Assembly (NCBI GenBank): GCA_049520575.1
Contig: JBEKPQ010000004.1
Span: 5,538-69,537, forward strand
DNA: 64,000 bases
Direction: 5' to 3'
From: Thermodesulfobacteriota bacterium
GTDB lineage: Bacteria; Desulfobacterota; RBG-13-43-22
The position numbers were made by a program, and so were the translations under genes. This document shows, piece by piece, positions 20,098-28,569 of this stretch. Below the pieces are notes generated by a model. It searched no databases, was not told the origin of the DNA, and saw nothing but the letters and a program-made list of their open reading frames with translations. The number at the start of each line of letters is the position of its first letter. Position 1 is the first letter of the stretch.

Positions 20098-20245
20098 CCG
20101 GTTGGCTGATCAAAAATGCTCAAATACAAGGCGCCCTCATTCTGAGGAATGAGACGTACGTAGAAGAACATTGCAATAAGCCTGCCCCGCCAAAAGGCGG
20201 GGAGGGATGAGTACAATCCCGCCACAGGCGGGATTGGTGGGCGAC
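20098..20245 (-). mobile_element. MITE/REP-like dispersed repeat, copy 4 (reverse orientation, diverged, with two GC-rich internal hairpins)
   Basis: The reverse complement of 20105-20165 aligns with the 3' half of copy 1: gctcaaa...aaggcgccctcattctgaggaatgagacgtacgtagaag versus gctcaaaaaggttcagatataaggcaccagaaattccgaggaatgaggcgtacatagaag. Internal hairpins ccccgcc-aaaa-ggcgggg (20176-20194) and atcccgcc-aca-ggcgggat (20215-20234). The end ggttggctgatcaaaaatgc resembles the copy 3 terminus. Confidence 0.5.
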
Positions 20246-20248
20246 TAA

Positions 20249-20698
20249 TTAGAAGTTCTTCTTGCTGTCCAATATGAAGGTTACCGGACCATCATTGATC
20301 AGGGACACATCCATCATCTCCTGAAACCGGCCACAGGCCACAGGAATCCCTTTTTGCCGGGTTTTTTCGATAAACAAATCGTATAAGGGTTGAGCCGTTA
20401 AAGGAGGCGCCGACTCCGTAAACGAGGGCCGTCTGCCTTTCCGGCAATCGCCCCAGAGGGTAAACTGTGAAACCACCAATAAGGCCCAGCCAATATCGAT
20501 CAATGAAAGATTGAATTTTTCTCTGGCGTCAGGAAAGATTCGCAGGTGAACGCATTTTTCCACCAGATAATCCACGTCGGCCTCGGTGTCTTCCTTCCCT
20601 ACGCCCAGAAAGACAAGAAGTCCTTTGCCGATTTCACCGACGGTCTCGTCGTTAACCGTTACCCGGGCTTCTTTGACCCTTTGAATGACCAGCCGCAT
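20249..20698 (-). CDS. dtd: D-aminoacyl-tRNA deacylase
   Basis: [13 protein letters not shown]...[14 protein letters not shown]...SQFTLWGD...GRRPSF. Canonical Dtd motifs, including SQFTL and the Gly-cisPro region. 149 aa. Confidence 0.85.
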   Translation of the reverse strand: MRLVIQRVKEARVTVNDETVGEIGKGLLVFLGVGKEDTEADVDYLVEKCVHLRIFPDAREKFNLSLIDIGWALLVVSQFTLWGDCRKGRRPSFTESAPPLTAQPLYDLFIEKTRQKGIPVACGRFQEMMDVSLINDGPVTFILDSKKNF

Positions 20699-20829
20699 TT
20701 CATATTTCCCATTATTAAAAATATATTATCTTTTTTAGCACCCGGCTTAAATACCGGGTACCGGCCATGATATTTTGAGCCGGGTCAAAGGGAACCTAAA
20801 CGCTGTGAGACCGACGGGCCAAGGTTTGA

Positions 20830-21966
20830 TTAATCCCCCAGCAACAACATCAACCAGGGCATGGGATTTCTTGTAGTTACAATACTGACAAATTGAAGCG
20901 GCATTCCTGAATAACTGCCTCCCCAGGTCATGGTGTGATTACTATAGTCCCAGGTGTCGTGGATATAGACCGTATTGCCAGAATCGTTATAACCAACGCC
21001 GACGATAGTATTCCCATGGAGGCCAAGCATCACAGGTCGGCCAGCATCAATCTCTGCCTTGTACTGGGCAAAAGAAAATCCTCCAGCATACTGATTATCT
21101 GTGACCTGATTATAACAGGTGGTTGCCGTATATCCCCTGGCTTCATAAAAAAGTTTCATCCCGTAAGTCCCATCATAGTTCTGGATACTATGCTTTACCA
21201 TATCACTACAGGTTAGAATTTGTGATGAAGGCCAAACATAGAATGTTGTTCCCCCATCAGGGTTGCCATAGGCGGACTGACTGGTCTTCATATAATCACC
21301 AATCGCCTCCCCCCAAGCGTGCTGCGCCCAGTTGCCGATATAGGGGTCCAGAGAAACACTCTCATACTGAACCCAATAATCGTCAATGGAGCCGCGCGTA
21401 GCCCGGCCATCAACCCCATTATGGGAGGCGGCTAACGGGAGATTGGGATACGTTTTGTACCCATCCGACCAAGTGGGCCAAGAACTGTTATCCAAGGGCA
21501 TAACGCCGCCATTGGTGGGCCCGGTGTACATGTTCGGATACCCGTTCCGGTCATAATAGCCGGCGATCATCGCCGCAGAAACCGCAGAACTTCCGAAGAC
21601 CCAGGTAAAAGCGGGGACAGTCAGAGTGTTGGTGCCCATTTTCGGGTTGGGTTCGGGCAGGGCAACTGCTGCGCGCTCAAGCTCATAGCCGCGGGGGGGA
21701 GTCGGTGGGCCATTAATTATTTGTTTAACGAGACTTGTTCCGTCGCTATATTTTATGGTCTGGGTGCTGAAATATTTATTAATCTGTTGCAAAGGGCCTT
21801 GCGAGATTGGGATGGGAGGATTTAGGTTTGCTTCCGGGAGTATCTCTTTCCCCTGGGCGTGGGCAGCAGGTAAGCCGACGACCACAAAACAGAGAAACAA
21901 TACTATCCCGACTAAAGCAGTCACTGTAAATATTTTGCGCATCCGGGTAAGAGACGTCGTGACCAT
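20830..21966 (-). CDS. Secreted papain-like (C1/C39-like fold) protein, with Ser where the nucleophile Cys is expected
   Basis: N-terminal signal peptide (MRKIFTVTALVGIVLFLCFVVVGLPAAHAQ). Nucleophile-region motif GSSAVSAAMIAGYYD aligns with papain QGSCGSCWAF and C39 CGPACLAMI..YYG, but both Cys positions are Ser. Downstream HGNTIVGVGYNDSGNTVYIHDTW matches the papain His-loop and Asn/Trp motif. Confidence 0.5.
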   Translation of the reverse strand: MVTTSLTRMRKIFTVTALVGIVLFLCFVVVGLPAAHAQGKEILPEANLNPPIPISQGPLQQINKYFSTQTIKYSDGTSLVKQIINGPPTPPRGYELERAAVALPEPNPKMGTNTLTVPAFTWVFGSSAVSAAMIAGYYDRNGYPNMYTGPTNGGVMPLDNSSWPTWSDGYKTYPNLPLAASHNGVDGRATRGSIDDYWVQYESVSLDPYIGNWAQHAWGEAIGDYMKTSQSAYGNPDGGTTFYVWPSSQILTCSDMVKHSIQNYDGTYGMKLFYEARGYTATTCYNQVTDNQYAGGFSFAQYKAEIDAGRPVMLGLHGNTIVGVGYNDSGNTVYIHDTWDYSNHTMTWGGSYSGMPLQFVSIVTTRNPMPWLMLLLGD

Positions 21967-23047
21967 TTTCTTCCTCCTAAAGCTAAAGTCATGACCAGCG
22001 GAAGTACCTGGGTCTTGCTATGGGGCCCTCGAACGGTTCTCGGTCTACTATAGAATTCTAATTCAACTCGCTTTTTTCCAAGTTTTTCCTGATTTCTGAT
22101 CCTCTCTAACTTGCACCTTATTATTAACAACAATCAATTTAAGATAGGATCACTCATTAAAAAGTCACTGTCCATGTGGGAGAGGGTCAGGTTATATTGT
22201 TTACCTTTTCACCTGCTTCCAAATCATTATAGGATTGCTACCAACCCTCAAACCTCGTTTCTAAGAAAGGGAACGGTTTGACCCATTTTATGTTCTGCAG
22301 GATAAATATGACATTATTTGATGTGCGGATTGCTGATTGGATATATTATTTAAAATATTAAATGGGTTATGTCAATAAAAATTCATCAACTTTTATTTCC
22401 CCTTTTTCTTGATCCTATTTAACCGATCTGAAAACATTTTTCGGAGTTTTTCTAAAGAGACAGATTTTTAAGCAGGATCTCTACCAAATGAGTTTATTTG
22501 GAATTTTTTTGACGACTGTTTCGTCATATGACATCAATTTTGACGATGCCGATTATGGCATCGATGGGTGATATGCCAGATGCAGCCTGGAATGTAATGT
22601 CGCTTTGCTCTTGCCATTTGTTTTTACAATTAATTGGTCAGAGATTCACAAATTTCTGTGCATTTCAGCCAAGGGGCCGTTTTGCTTTTGATAAAAAGGG
22701 GAAGATTTTTAGGGGGAAATTATAGGTGGACACTTATTATTGATTAGTGTACACTTTATCCTAAATGTTGCATAAAAAACAGGGCAAAGCTCAATATTAA
22801 TCACTAACCAAACTGAAACTTGAGAAAAATTGAAGTCATTCAGAAATTCAGTAAAAGTGGAATCCTGTATTAGTAAATGCCCCTGTTTATTACCCGTTGG
22901 GAAAGCCGTATGATACCTCATCTCCGGTGTTGTCAAGGGCTCGCAGTACCTTAGTACGGCTTCGCCCTTGAAGCCTTGGTTCTGCGGCATCCTCGGCTTT
23001 TGCAACATTTAAGATTACCTTAGCTTTTAGGATTAGGGGGTAAGAAA

Positions 23048-23281
23048 ATGGAAATAAATAGTAAAGAAGCCAGAAGCAAATTGAGTTCCCTTCTGGATAG
23101 GGTGGAAAAAGGGGATGAGATCGTTATTCTCCGCCGGGGGGAAAAAGTTGCCCGTTTGATTCCATCTCTGACCGAAGGGAGAAAGTTGCCCAGCTTAAAA
23201 AAATTCCGATCTTCAATCCGGATCAAAGGGGAATCTTTAAGGGCTATGGTATTACGCCAAAGAGCAGAGGAACGCTATTGA
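23048..23281 (+). CDS. Type II antitoxin, Phd/YefM family
   Basis: SKEARSKLSSLLDRVEKGDEIVILRRGEKVARLIP. Phd/YefM N-terminal fold motif. 77 aa. ATGA overlap with the downstream PIN gene. Confidence 0.7.
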   Translation: MEINSKEARSKLSSLLDRVEKGDEIVILRRGEKVARLIPSLTEGRKLPSLKKFRSSIRIKGESLRAMVLRQRAEERY

Positions 23282-23700
23282 ATTTTTACTTAGACACAAG
23301 CGTTCTTGCAGCCTACTACTGCCCGGAGCCCTTAAGCGAAAAGGCCGAGGAGTTTGTCTTGAATCATTTTCGACCTGCCATTAGTGCACTGACAGAAGTT
23401 GAGTTTTGCTCGGCCATATCGAGGAAAATAAGAGAACGGGGACTTAGCCAAAGGGATGGTGGACGAATTATTGCCAAATTTCTGGCTCACATAGATGGCC
23501 GTCTATATATGAATCTGCCTATCGAACCCCATCATTTTCGTTTGGCCAGAGAATGGATCAGCCTGTTTAATAACTCATTAAGAAGTCTCGATGCGATCCA
23601 TTTGGCTATTACTTCCTCTCGAGAATATATTTTCGTCACGGCCGATAAAGGTCTATCGAAATCAGCAGAAGGTTTAGCCATAGAAACGATTCTTTTATAA
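23278..23700 (+). CDS. vapC: PIN-domain ribonuclease toxin (VapC)
   Basis: MNFYLDTSVLAAYY (first acidic residue). ...ALTEVEF...SLDAIHLAIT...FVTADKGL. PIN acidic quartet pattern. 140 aa. Confidence 0.8.
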   Translation: MNFYLDTSVLAAYYCPEPLSEKAEEFVLNHFRPAISALTEVEFCSAISRKIRERGLSQRDGGRIIAKFLAHIDGRLYMNLPIEPHHFRLAREWISLFNNSLRSLDAIHLAITSSREYIFVTADKGLSKSAEGLAIETILL

Positions 23701-23709
23701 CCCTAATCG

Positions 23710-25260
23710 TTGCTAAAAAAACCAGGAAAAAGGCCTATGGGTTCTGAAATTCATTCTTTAAATTCTGAACAACTTCCTAAGATCCCCCTTACTTTAGAGG
23801 GCATTTCCACCCGGTTCATCCGAGAAAATCTGGTCGTCCCCTTGGAATACAAGAATAATGTTTTGAAAGTGGCCCTTGGCCACCCTGAGGACAAGGCGAC
23901 CATTGATGCCCTGCAGGTAGCCCTTTCGGCTGAGGTGATGGTTTATGCAGGAGCCCCGGACCTGATTACCGAATATATTGCCAAGTATTACGGTCAGGAA
24001 GCTCAAAATATTACCCGGATCATCGAAGACATCGGGACCGACAACCTGGAATTCCTGAAAGAAGAGGAAGAGGATATTGGTCACCTCAAAGACTTGGCCT
24101 CCGAGGCCCCGATCATCAAACTGGTCAATATGGTCATCAGCCGAGCCGTGGAAAGTCGGGCCAGTGATATTCATATAGAACCTTTTGAAGACGAACTCAA
24201 GGTCCGTTATCGAATCGACGGGGTTTTACACGACATAGAATCCATTCCCAAGAAACTTCAAGCCGCTATTCTCTCCCGCCTGAAGATTATGGCCAAGCTC
24301 AATATCGCCGAGAAAAGACTTCCTCAGGACGGCCGGATCAAACTTAAGGTGGCGGAGAAGGATATCGAATTGCGGGTATCGACCATCCCCGTTCTTTATG
24401 GTGAAGGGGTGGTGATGAGGATCCTTCAAAAGGAAGGGATTACCATCGACCTGAACCTTCTGGGATTTTCTACACAAACCCTGACGACTTTTAATCAACT
24501 GATTAAAAAACCCAACGGCATCATTTTAGTCACCGGACCGACCGGCAGCGGAAAGACCACTACCCTGTACGGGGCTCTGGACAAGATCAACACCCCGGAC
24601 AAGAAGATCATCACGGTGGAGGACCCCATAGAATACCAGCTTAAAGGGGTAAATCAGATTCAAATGAAGCCGCAAATCGGGTTGAATTTTGCTAATACGC
24701 TGAGGCATATCGTTCGTCATGATCCCGATATCATTATGATCGGAGAGATCCGAGACCTGGAGACGGCCGAGATCGCCATTCAATCGGCCTTGACCGGACA
24801 TCTGGTTTTTTCCACCCTGCACACCAATGACGCCCCCAGTGCCATCACCCGATTGCTGGACATGGGGGTGGAGAGCTTTTTGCTTTCATCGACCATCCGC
24901 GGCATCTTGGCCCAGCGCTTAGTGCGGGTCATCTGTCCGGCTTGCAAGGTTATTGATCCGGCCCCGGCAGTTCAGGAGGAGCTGAATCACCTCCAGATGG
25001 GCAAGATCGACACCCTGTATAAAGGAACCGGGTGCGAACAGTGCGCCGGAACCGGTTATTTTGGACGGATCGGGATCTTTGAATTGTTTCTGATCGATGA
25101 TTCCATACGAAGAATGATCCTGAAAAGCTCCGATGTCATTCAAATAAGGGAGGAGGCCAGAAGAAACGGCATGAAGACCCTGTTGGAAGACGGGCTTGAA
25201 AAAGTGAAGGCCTCTTTGACCACTTTACCGGAAGTGCTCCGGGTCACTCAAGAGGTCTAA
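23710..25260 (+). CDS. gspE: Type II secretion ATPase GspE
   Basis: N1 domain. Walker A ILVTGPTGSGKTTTLYGAL. Asp box and His box. Tetracysteine CPACK...CEQCAGTG. An ATG at 23737 is also possible. Confidence 0.9.
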   Translation: MLKKPGKRPMGSEIHSLNSEQLPKIPLTLEGISTRFIRENLVVPLEYKNNVLKVALGHPEDKATIDALQVALSAEVMVYAGAPDLITEYIAKYYGQEAQNITRIIEDIGTDNLEFLKEEEEDIGHLKDLASEAPIIKLVNMVISRAVESRASDIHIEPFEDELKVRYRIDGVLHDIESIPKKLQAAILSRLKIMAKLNIAEKRLPQDGRIKLKVAEKDIELRVSTIPVLYGEGVVMRILQKEGITIDLNLLGFSTQTLTTFNQLIKKPNGIILVTGPTGSGKTTTLYGALDKINTPDKKIITVEDPIEYQLKGVNQIQMKPQIGLNFANTLRHIVRHDPDIIMIGEIRDLETAEIAIQSALTGHLVFSTLHTNDAPSAITRLLDMGVESFLLSSTIRGILAQRLVRVICPACKVIDPAPAVQEELNHLQMGKIDTLYKGTGCEQCAGTGYFGRIGIFELFLIDDSIRRMILKSSDVIQIREEARRNGMKTLLEDGLEKVKASLTTLPEVLRVTQEV

Positions 25261-26453
25261 TGGCCGTCTTTTCTTACCGAGGGACCAACGCTGAGGGGAC
25301 TATTATCGAGGGGGCTATTGAAGCCGCTGATGAACAGGCCGCCGTTGAGCGTCTTAAAAATTCCGATATCATTCCTTTAAAGGTCTTCGCCTCCGGGAAA
25401 GGCCTCCAAGAACGTTTTGCCCTGTTTTCCCATAAACCCGATATCCTGGGTTTCACTTCCGAGCTGACGGCCCTTTTAGAGGCCGGTCTGCCTTTGGACC
25501 GGAGTCTGAATATCCTGGCCGGTATTGCCGAAAGCAAAGAGAATCAGGACCTGATCCGGTCTATACTCCAAACGATCCGGGGTGGGAGTTCCTTTTCGGA
25601 TGCCCTTCAGCGGCACCCTAAAATATTTTCGAGACTTTATATCAATATGATCAAGGCCGGAGAGGCGGGCGGGGTATTGTCCATAGTATTAGAGAAGCTG
25701 ACGGAGTTTTTGGAATCAGCCCAGGAACTCAAAGAACAAGTTTTGTCCTCGATGATTTACCCGATTATTTTGCTTTCCACCGGGGGACTGTCGATCATTA
25801 TCTTACTCACCTATGTCCTGCCTAAATTTTCCGTCATCTTTGCTGAAATGGGAAGTTCACTGCCCCTTTCGACAAAACTTCTGCTTTCCTTCAGCCAGGG
25901 TTTGAAAACCTACTGGTGGGTAGCCCTGATTTTGATTGTTTTCGGCTGGCTCCTTTTCAGGACCTACACCAAATCGGAACAGGGCCGATTTCGCTGGGAT
26001 GGTATAAAGCTTAAATTGGTGGGAGATATAATCCGTAAATTGGAGACCGCCCGTTTTTGCCGGACCCTGGGCACCCTGATCAAGAGTGGGGTCCCATTGC
26101 TCCAGGCGATTAAAAATGCACGAGACGTAGTCACTAATCAGGCGATTGCTTCGGCCCTGGAAGAAGTGTCAACCGGGGTGAAAGAAGGCAAGGGCATGGC
26201 CCTGCCGCTTTCCGCTTCCAAGGTGTTTCCCCCCCTGGCCTTATCCATGATCAAGGTGGGGGAGGAGACCGGTCAGTTGGATGATATGTTGTTGAAGGTG
26301 GCGGCCACTTATGAAAAAAGTTTACGGGTCTCCATAAAAAGATTTATCAGCTTTCTGGAACCGGCGATGATCTTGGTGATGGGGCTGATCATCGGTTTTA
26401 TTGTTCTGTCCATGCTCATGGCTATTTTCAGTATCACGGATCTTCCTTTTTAA
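25260..26453 (+). CDS. gspF: Type II secretion inner-membrane platform protein GspF
   Basis: Duplicated GspF/PilC domain with ...LEAGLPLDRSL... and ...IKSGVPLLQAI... repeats. Three TM segments. 397 aa. Confidence 0.9.
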   Translation: MAVFSYRGTNAEGTIIEGAIEAADEQAAVERLKNSDIIPLKVFASGKGLQERFALFSHKPDILGFTSELTALLEAGLPLDRSLNILAGIAESKENQDLIRSILQTIRGGSSFSDALQRHPKIFSRLYINMIKAGEAGGVLSIVLEKLTEFLESAQELKEQVLSSMIYPIILLSTGGLSIIILLTYVLPKFSVIFAEMGSSLPLSTKLLLSFSQGLKTYWWVALILIVFGWLLFRTYTKSEQGRFRWDGIKLKLVGDIIRKLETARFCRTLGTLIKSGVPLLQAIKNARDVVTNQAIASALEEVSTGVKEGKGMALPLSASKVFPPLALSMIKVGEETGQLDDMLLKVAATYEKSLRVSIKRFISFLEPAMILVMGLIIGFIVLSMLMAIFSITDLPF

Positions 26454-26467
26454 TAAGAAGGATTCAA

Positions 26468-26986
26468 GTGAAAAGGTTAAATTCGATCTTGAGGTTAATT
26501 TTTAAAAACTCGAATCCTCGAATCCTCGAATCCTCGAAACCTTCCCCATATTTTAAAAACGAGTCGGGATTTACCCTGTTGGAATTGATCATTGTCTTGT
26601 TGTTAAGCCTGCTGATCCTGGGATTGGTGACAGTCTATTTTGCCAACCTTTTGTCTTCGGTCAAACTCCAGGCAACGGCCAGGGAATTTTCAGCCACACT
26701 GAGACAGGCCCGTGATTTGGCCAAAATTCATGGGGAACAACAGGGATGGTCCGTTAATCTGGACTCGAAAGAATATGGAATAGAAGGGCGACAGGTCAAG
26801 AAAATCCCTTCCCATTTGGAACTCAAAATAGTAGATTCAACGGGTGAAGAGGTTCGGAGCGGGCAATATCGGCTGATTTTTGATCCGAATTGGAGCATGG
26901 ACAGCGTCCAATTTCAATTGTCCAATAAAAAAAAGGCCATAAGAATCGAGCTGGATCCCTTACTCGGGGCAGTAGTTACCCGGTGA
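26468..26986 (+). CDS. gspH: Minor pseudopilin, GspH-like, with an unusually long leader
   Basis: Prepilin motif G|FTLLELIIVLL, followed by a single hydrophobic helix and ~120-aa GspH-like body. The 33-aa leader contains the SNPRILESSKP stretch, encoded by the cgaatcct x3 tandem repeat at 26511-26542. No alternative in-frame start lies after the repeat. Confidence 0.6.
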   Translation: MKRLNSILRLIFKNSNPRILESSKPSPYFKNESGFTLLELIIVLLLSLLILGLVTVYFANLLSSVKLQATAREFSATLRQARDLAKIHGEQQGWSVNLDSKEYGIEGRQVKKIPSHLELKIVDSTGEEVRSGQYRLIFDPNWSMDSVQFQLSNKKKAIRIELDPLLGAVVTR

Positions 26987-27211
26987 AGCGAGAGGTTTGA
27001 AAAATGTCCCTTTTTGCCCAATCTCTTTGTCAGACTCAAATTTTAATCCTCGAAATACTAAATGTATTCCTGTGGTTAAAATTTTCGTCTTCCTTGACCT
27101 TGAACAAAATTGAACCTTTTTCAAGGCTCTCGAAACCTATTCAGACAAACAGAATCGAAATCGAATATTGAACATTGAATTGCGAACAATGTATATCGAA
27201 AGAAGGCTGAA

Positions 27212-27604
27212 TTGAAGCTCCTGAATAAAACGGCCGGTTTTACCCTGCTGGAGGTTTTGGTTGCCCTGGCCCTGCTGGGAGTGGCCGTCACCGTCGTTTT
27301 ACAGCTTTTTTCAGCCAACCTTAGATCCATTTCAGCTTCGGAAGAATACGTGGCCGGTTCTTTGGAGGCCCAGTCCAAGATGAGAGAGGTTCTGGAAGAC
27401 AAAGAAGTTTCAGAAAGGACTTGGAATGGGATTACGAATAACGGATATCGATTTCAGGTTTCTGTTTCGGATACCTTGTCGGAGAGGTCGGAAAGCCTCC
27501 CGGTGAAACTGATGGAAATAGAAGTCAAGGTTTATTGGACTCAGGGGAACAAGGAAAAATTTTTGACCCTGAAGACCTTGAAGATGGTTGAAAAACCGGT
27601 ATGA
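27212..27604 (+). CDS. gspI: Minor pseudopilin, GspI-like
   Basis: TTG start. Leader MKLLNKTAG|FTLLEVLVALALLGVAV, a class-III signal. 130 aa, a typical GspI size. Confidence 0.6.
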   Translation: MKLLNKTAGFTLLEVLVALALLGVAVTVVLQLFSANLRSISASEEYVAGSLEAQSKMREVLEDKEVSERTWNGITNNGYRFQVSVSDTLSERSESLPVKLMEIEVKVYWTQGNKEKFLTLKTLKMVEKPV

Positions 27605-27641
27605 TTCCAAACCAGAGGGTTCCAGGAGTCGAGGATTCAGA

Positions 27642-27813
27642 CGGTCGGCTTTGCCGACCTAAAAGGAGGCTTCCATTCGGAAGCCGGACCGCTCGACTTT
27701 GTCGAGCTTTTGAAGAGGCTCCCTCTTGGGAGCCGATCTGTCGAGCTATAAAAAGGTTCCCGTACGGTCGGCTTGGCCGACCTAAAAGGGAGGCTTCCGA
27801 ATGGAAGCCGGAT
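27642..27813. repeat. Duplicated ~52-bp hairpin-bearing unit with additional hairpins between the copies, in the gspI/gspJ spacer
   Basis: Unit 1 at 27642-27697 and unit 2 at 27763-27813 both read acggtcggctt[t/g]gccgacctaaaag(g)gaggcttcc[attcgg/gaatgg]aagccgga. The central 6-mer is inverted between copies. Additional hairpins gctcgac-tttg-tcgagc (27690-27706) and ggctccc-tctt-gggagcc (27718-27735). Confidence 0.55.
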
Positions 27814-27833
27814 CGGGGAACCGCCGGATTCAA

Positions 27834-28469
27834 GTGAATTCATTCATAACTGAAAAAAGATTTAAGAGGAATAACCTCGGCTTCACCCTGCTGGAACTCA
27901 TGATCTCCATCGCCATCGTCGGGATTATGGTTTCCATCCTGGTGGCCGTATTGAGACTGGGGTTCCGTTCCGTCGAAGCCGGAGAAAAAAAGATAGAATC
28001 CCTGGAACGGGTAAGGGCCTCTGTAAACCTGATTGATGCCCAAATACAGTCGGAAATTCCTTTGACCGCAGTAGAAAACGGGGAGACAAAATATCTTTTT
28101 ACAGGACAGCCTGCGTTGCTTGAATTTTCTACCAATCATTCCATTTGGGGAGGCGAGACAGGGTATGTGGTCGTCTCCTACCGGGTGGTTGAAGGAGAAC
28201 AAGGGAAACGCACGCTTTGGGCCTCAGAAAACGGGGTAGGGCAGGAAAACAAAAAAGAGATAAAACTCTTGGACCTTTTTGATGAGATGTCTTTCGAATA
28301 TTTTTATCAGGATCTGACTGAAAAAGAAGGGAAATGGATTGATGAATGGACCGAGGCCACTTTTCTGCCGAAGAAGATCCGCCTTCACCTGATCAAAGAC
28401 AGGAAAGATCTTTCCATGATCCTTCCCATGAAAACCGGATCGGGTTTGACGTCCATCCAAATTAAGTAA
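27834..28469 (+). CDS. gspJ: Minor pseudopilin, GspJ-like
   Basis: KRNNLG|FTLLELMISIAIVGIMV prepilin signal. ~190-aa body. The upstream ATG at 27801 lies inside a hairpin loop of the repeat, so the GTG at 27834 is preferred. Confidence 0.5.
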   Translation: MNSFITEKRFKRNNLGFTLLELMISIAIVGIMVSILVAVLRLGFRSVEAGEKKIESLERVRASVNLIDAQIQSEIPLTAVENGETKYLFTGQPALLEFSTNHSIWGGETGYVVVSYRVVEGEQGKRTLWASENGVGQENKKEIKLLDLFDEMSFEYFYQDLTEKEGKWIDEWTEATFLPKKIRLHLIKDRKDLSMILPMKTGSGLTSIQIK

Positions 28470-28569
28470 GATACAATAGGTTCAATTAGGAATCGTTAAA
28501 GGGATGACATTGAAAAGTGAAAAGCACATAACGAGTATTGAATATTGAATCATAAATAACTTATATTGA

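Noticed and set aside
22880-23010. Possible tRNA or small structured RNA at the GC-richer end of the AT-rich island
   Set aside because: Contains hairpins (ggcttcgcccttgaagcc) but no cloverleaf-consistent acceptor/T-arm (GTTCRANYC) pattern. Left as part of the island finding rather than called as an RNA gene.
26511-26542. Possible CRISPR-like or short-spacer array (cgaatcct x3), with similar heptamer arrays at 3116-3246 and 14633-14715
   Set aside because: Units are 7-8 bp with no spacers and no cas genes anywhere in the window. They are simple tandem repeats, not CRISPR.
27525-27843. ORFs of 68-102 aa on both strands across the gspI/gspJ spacer
   Set aside because: They lie entirely within the duplicated hairpin repeat. 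The sequences are Arg/Gly/Pro-rich translations of palindromic DNA. The region is better explained as structured non-coding repeat.
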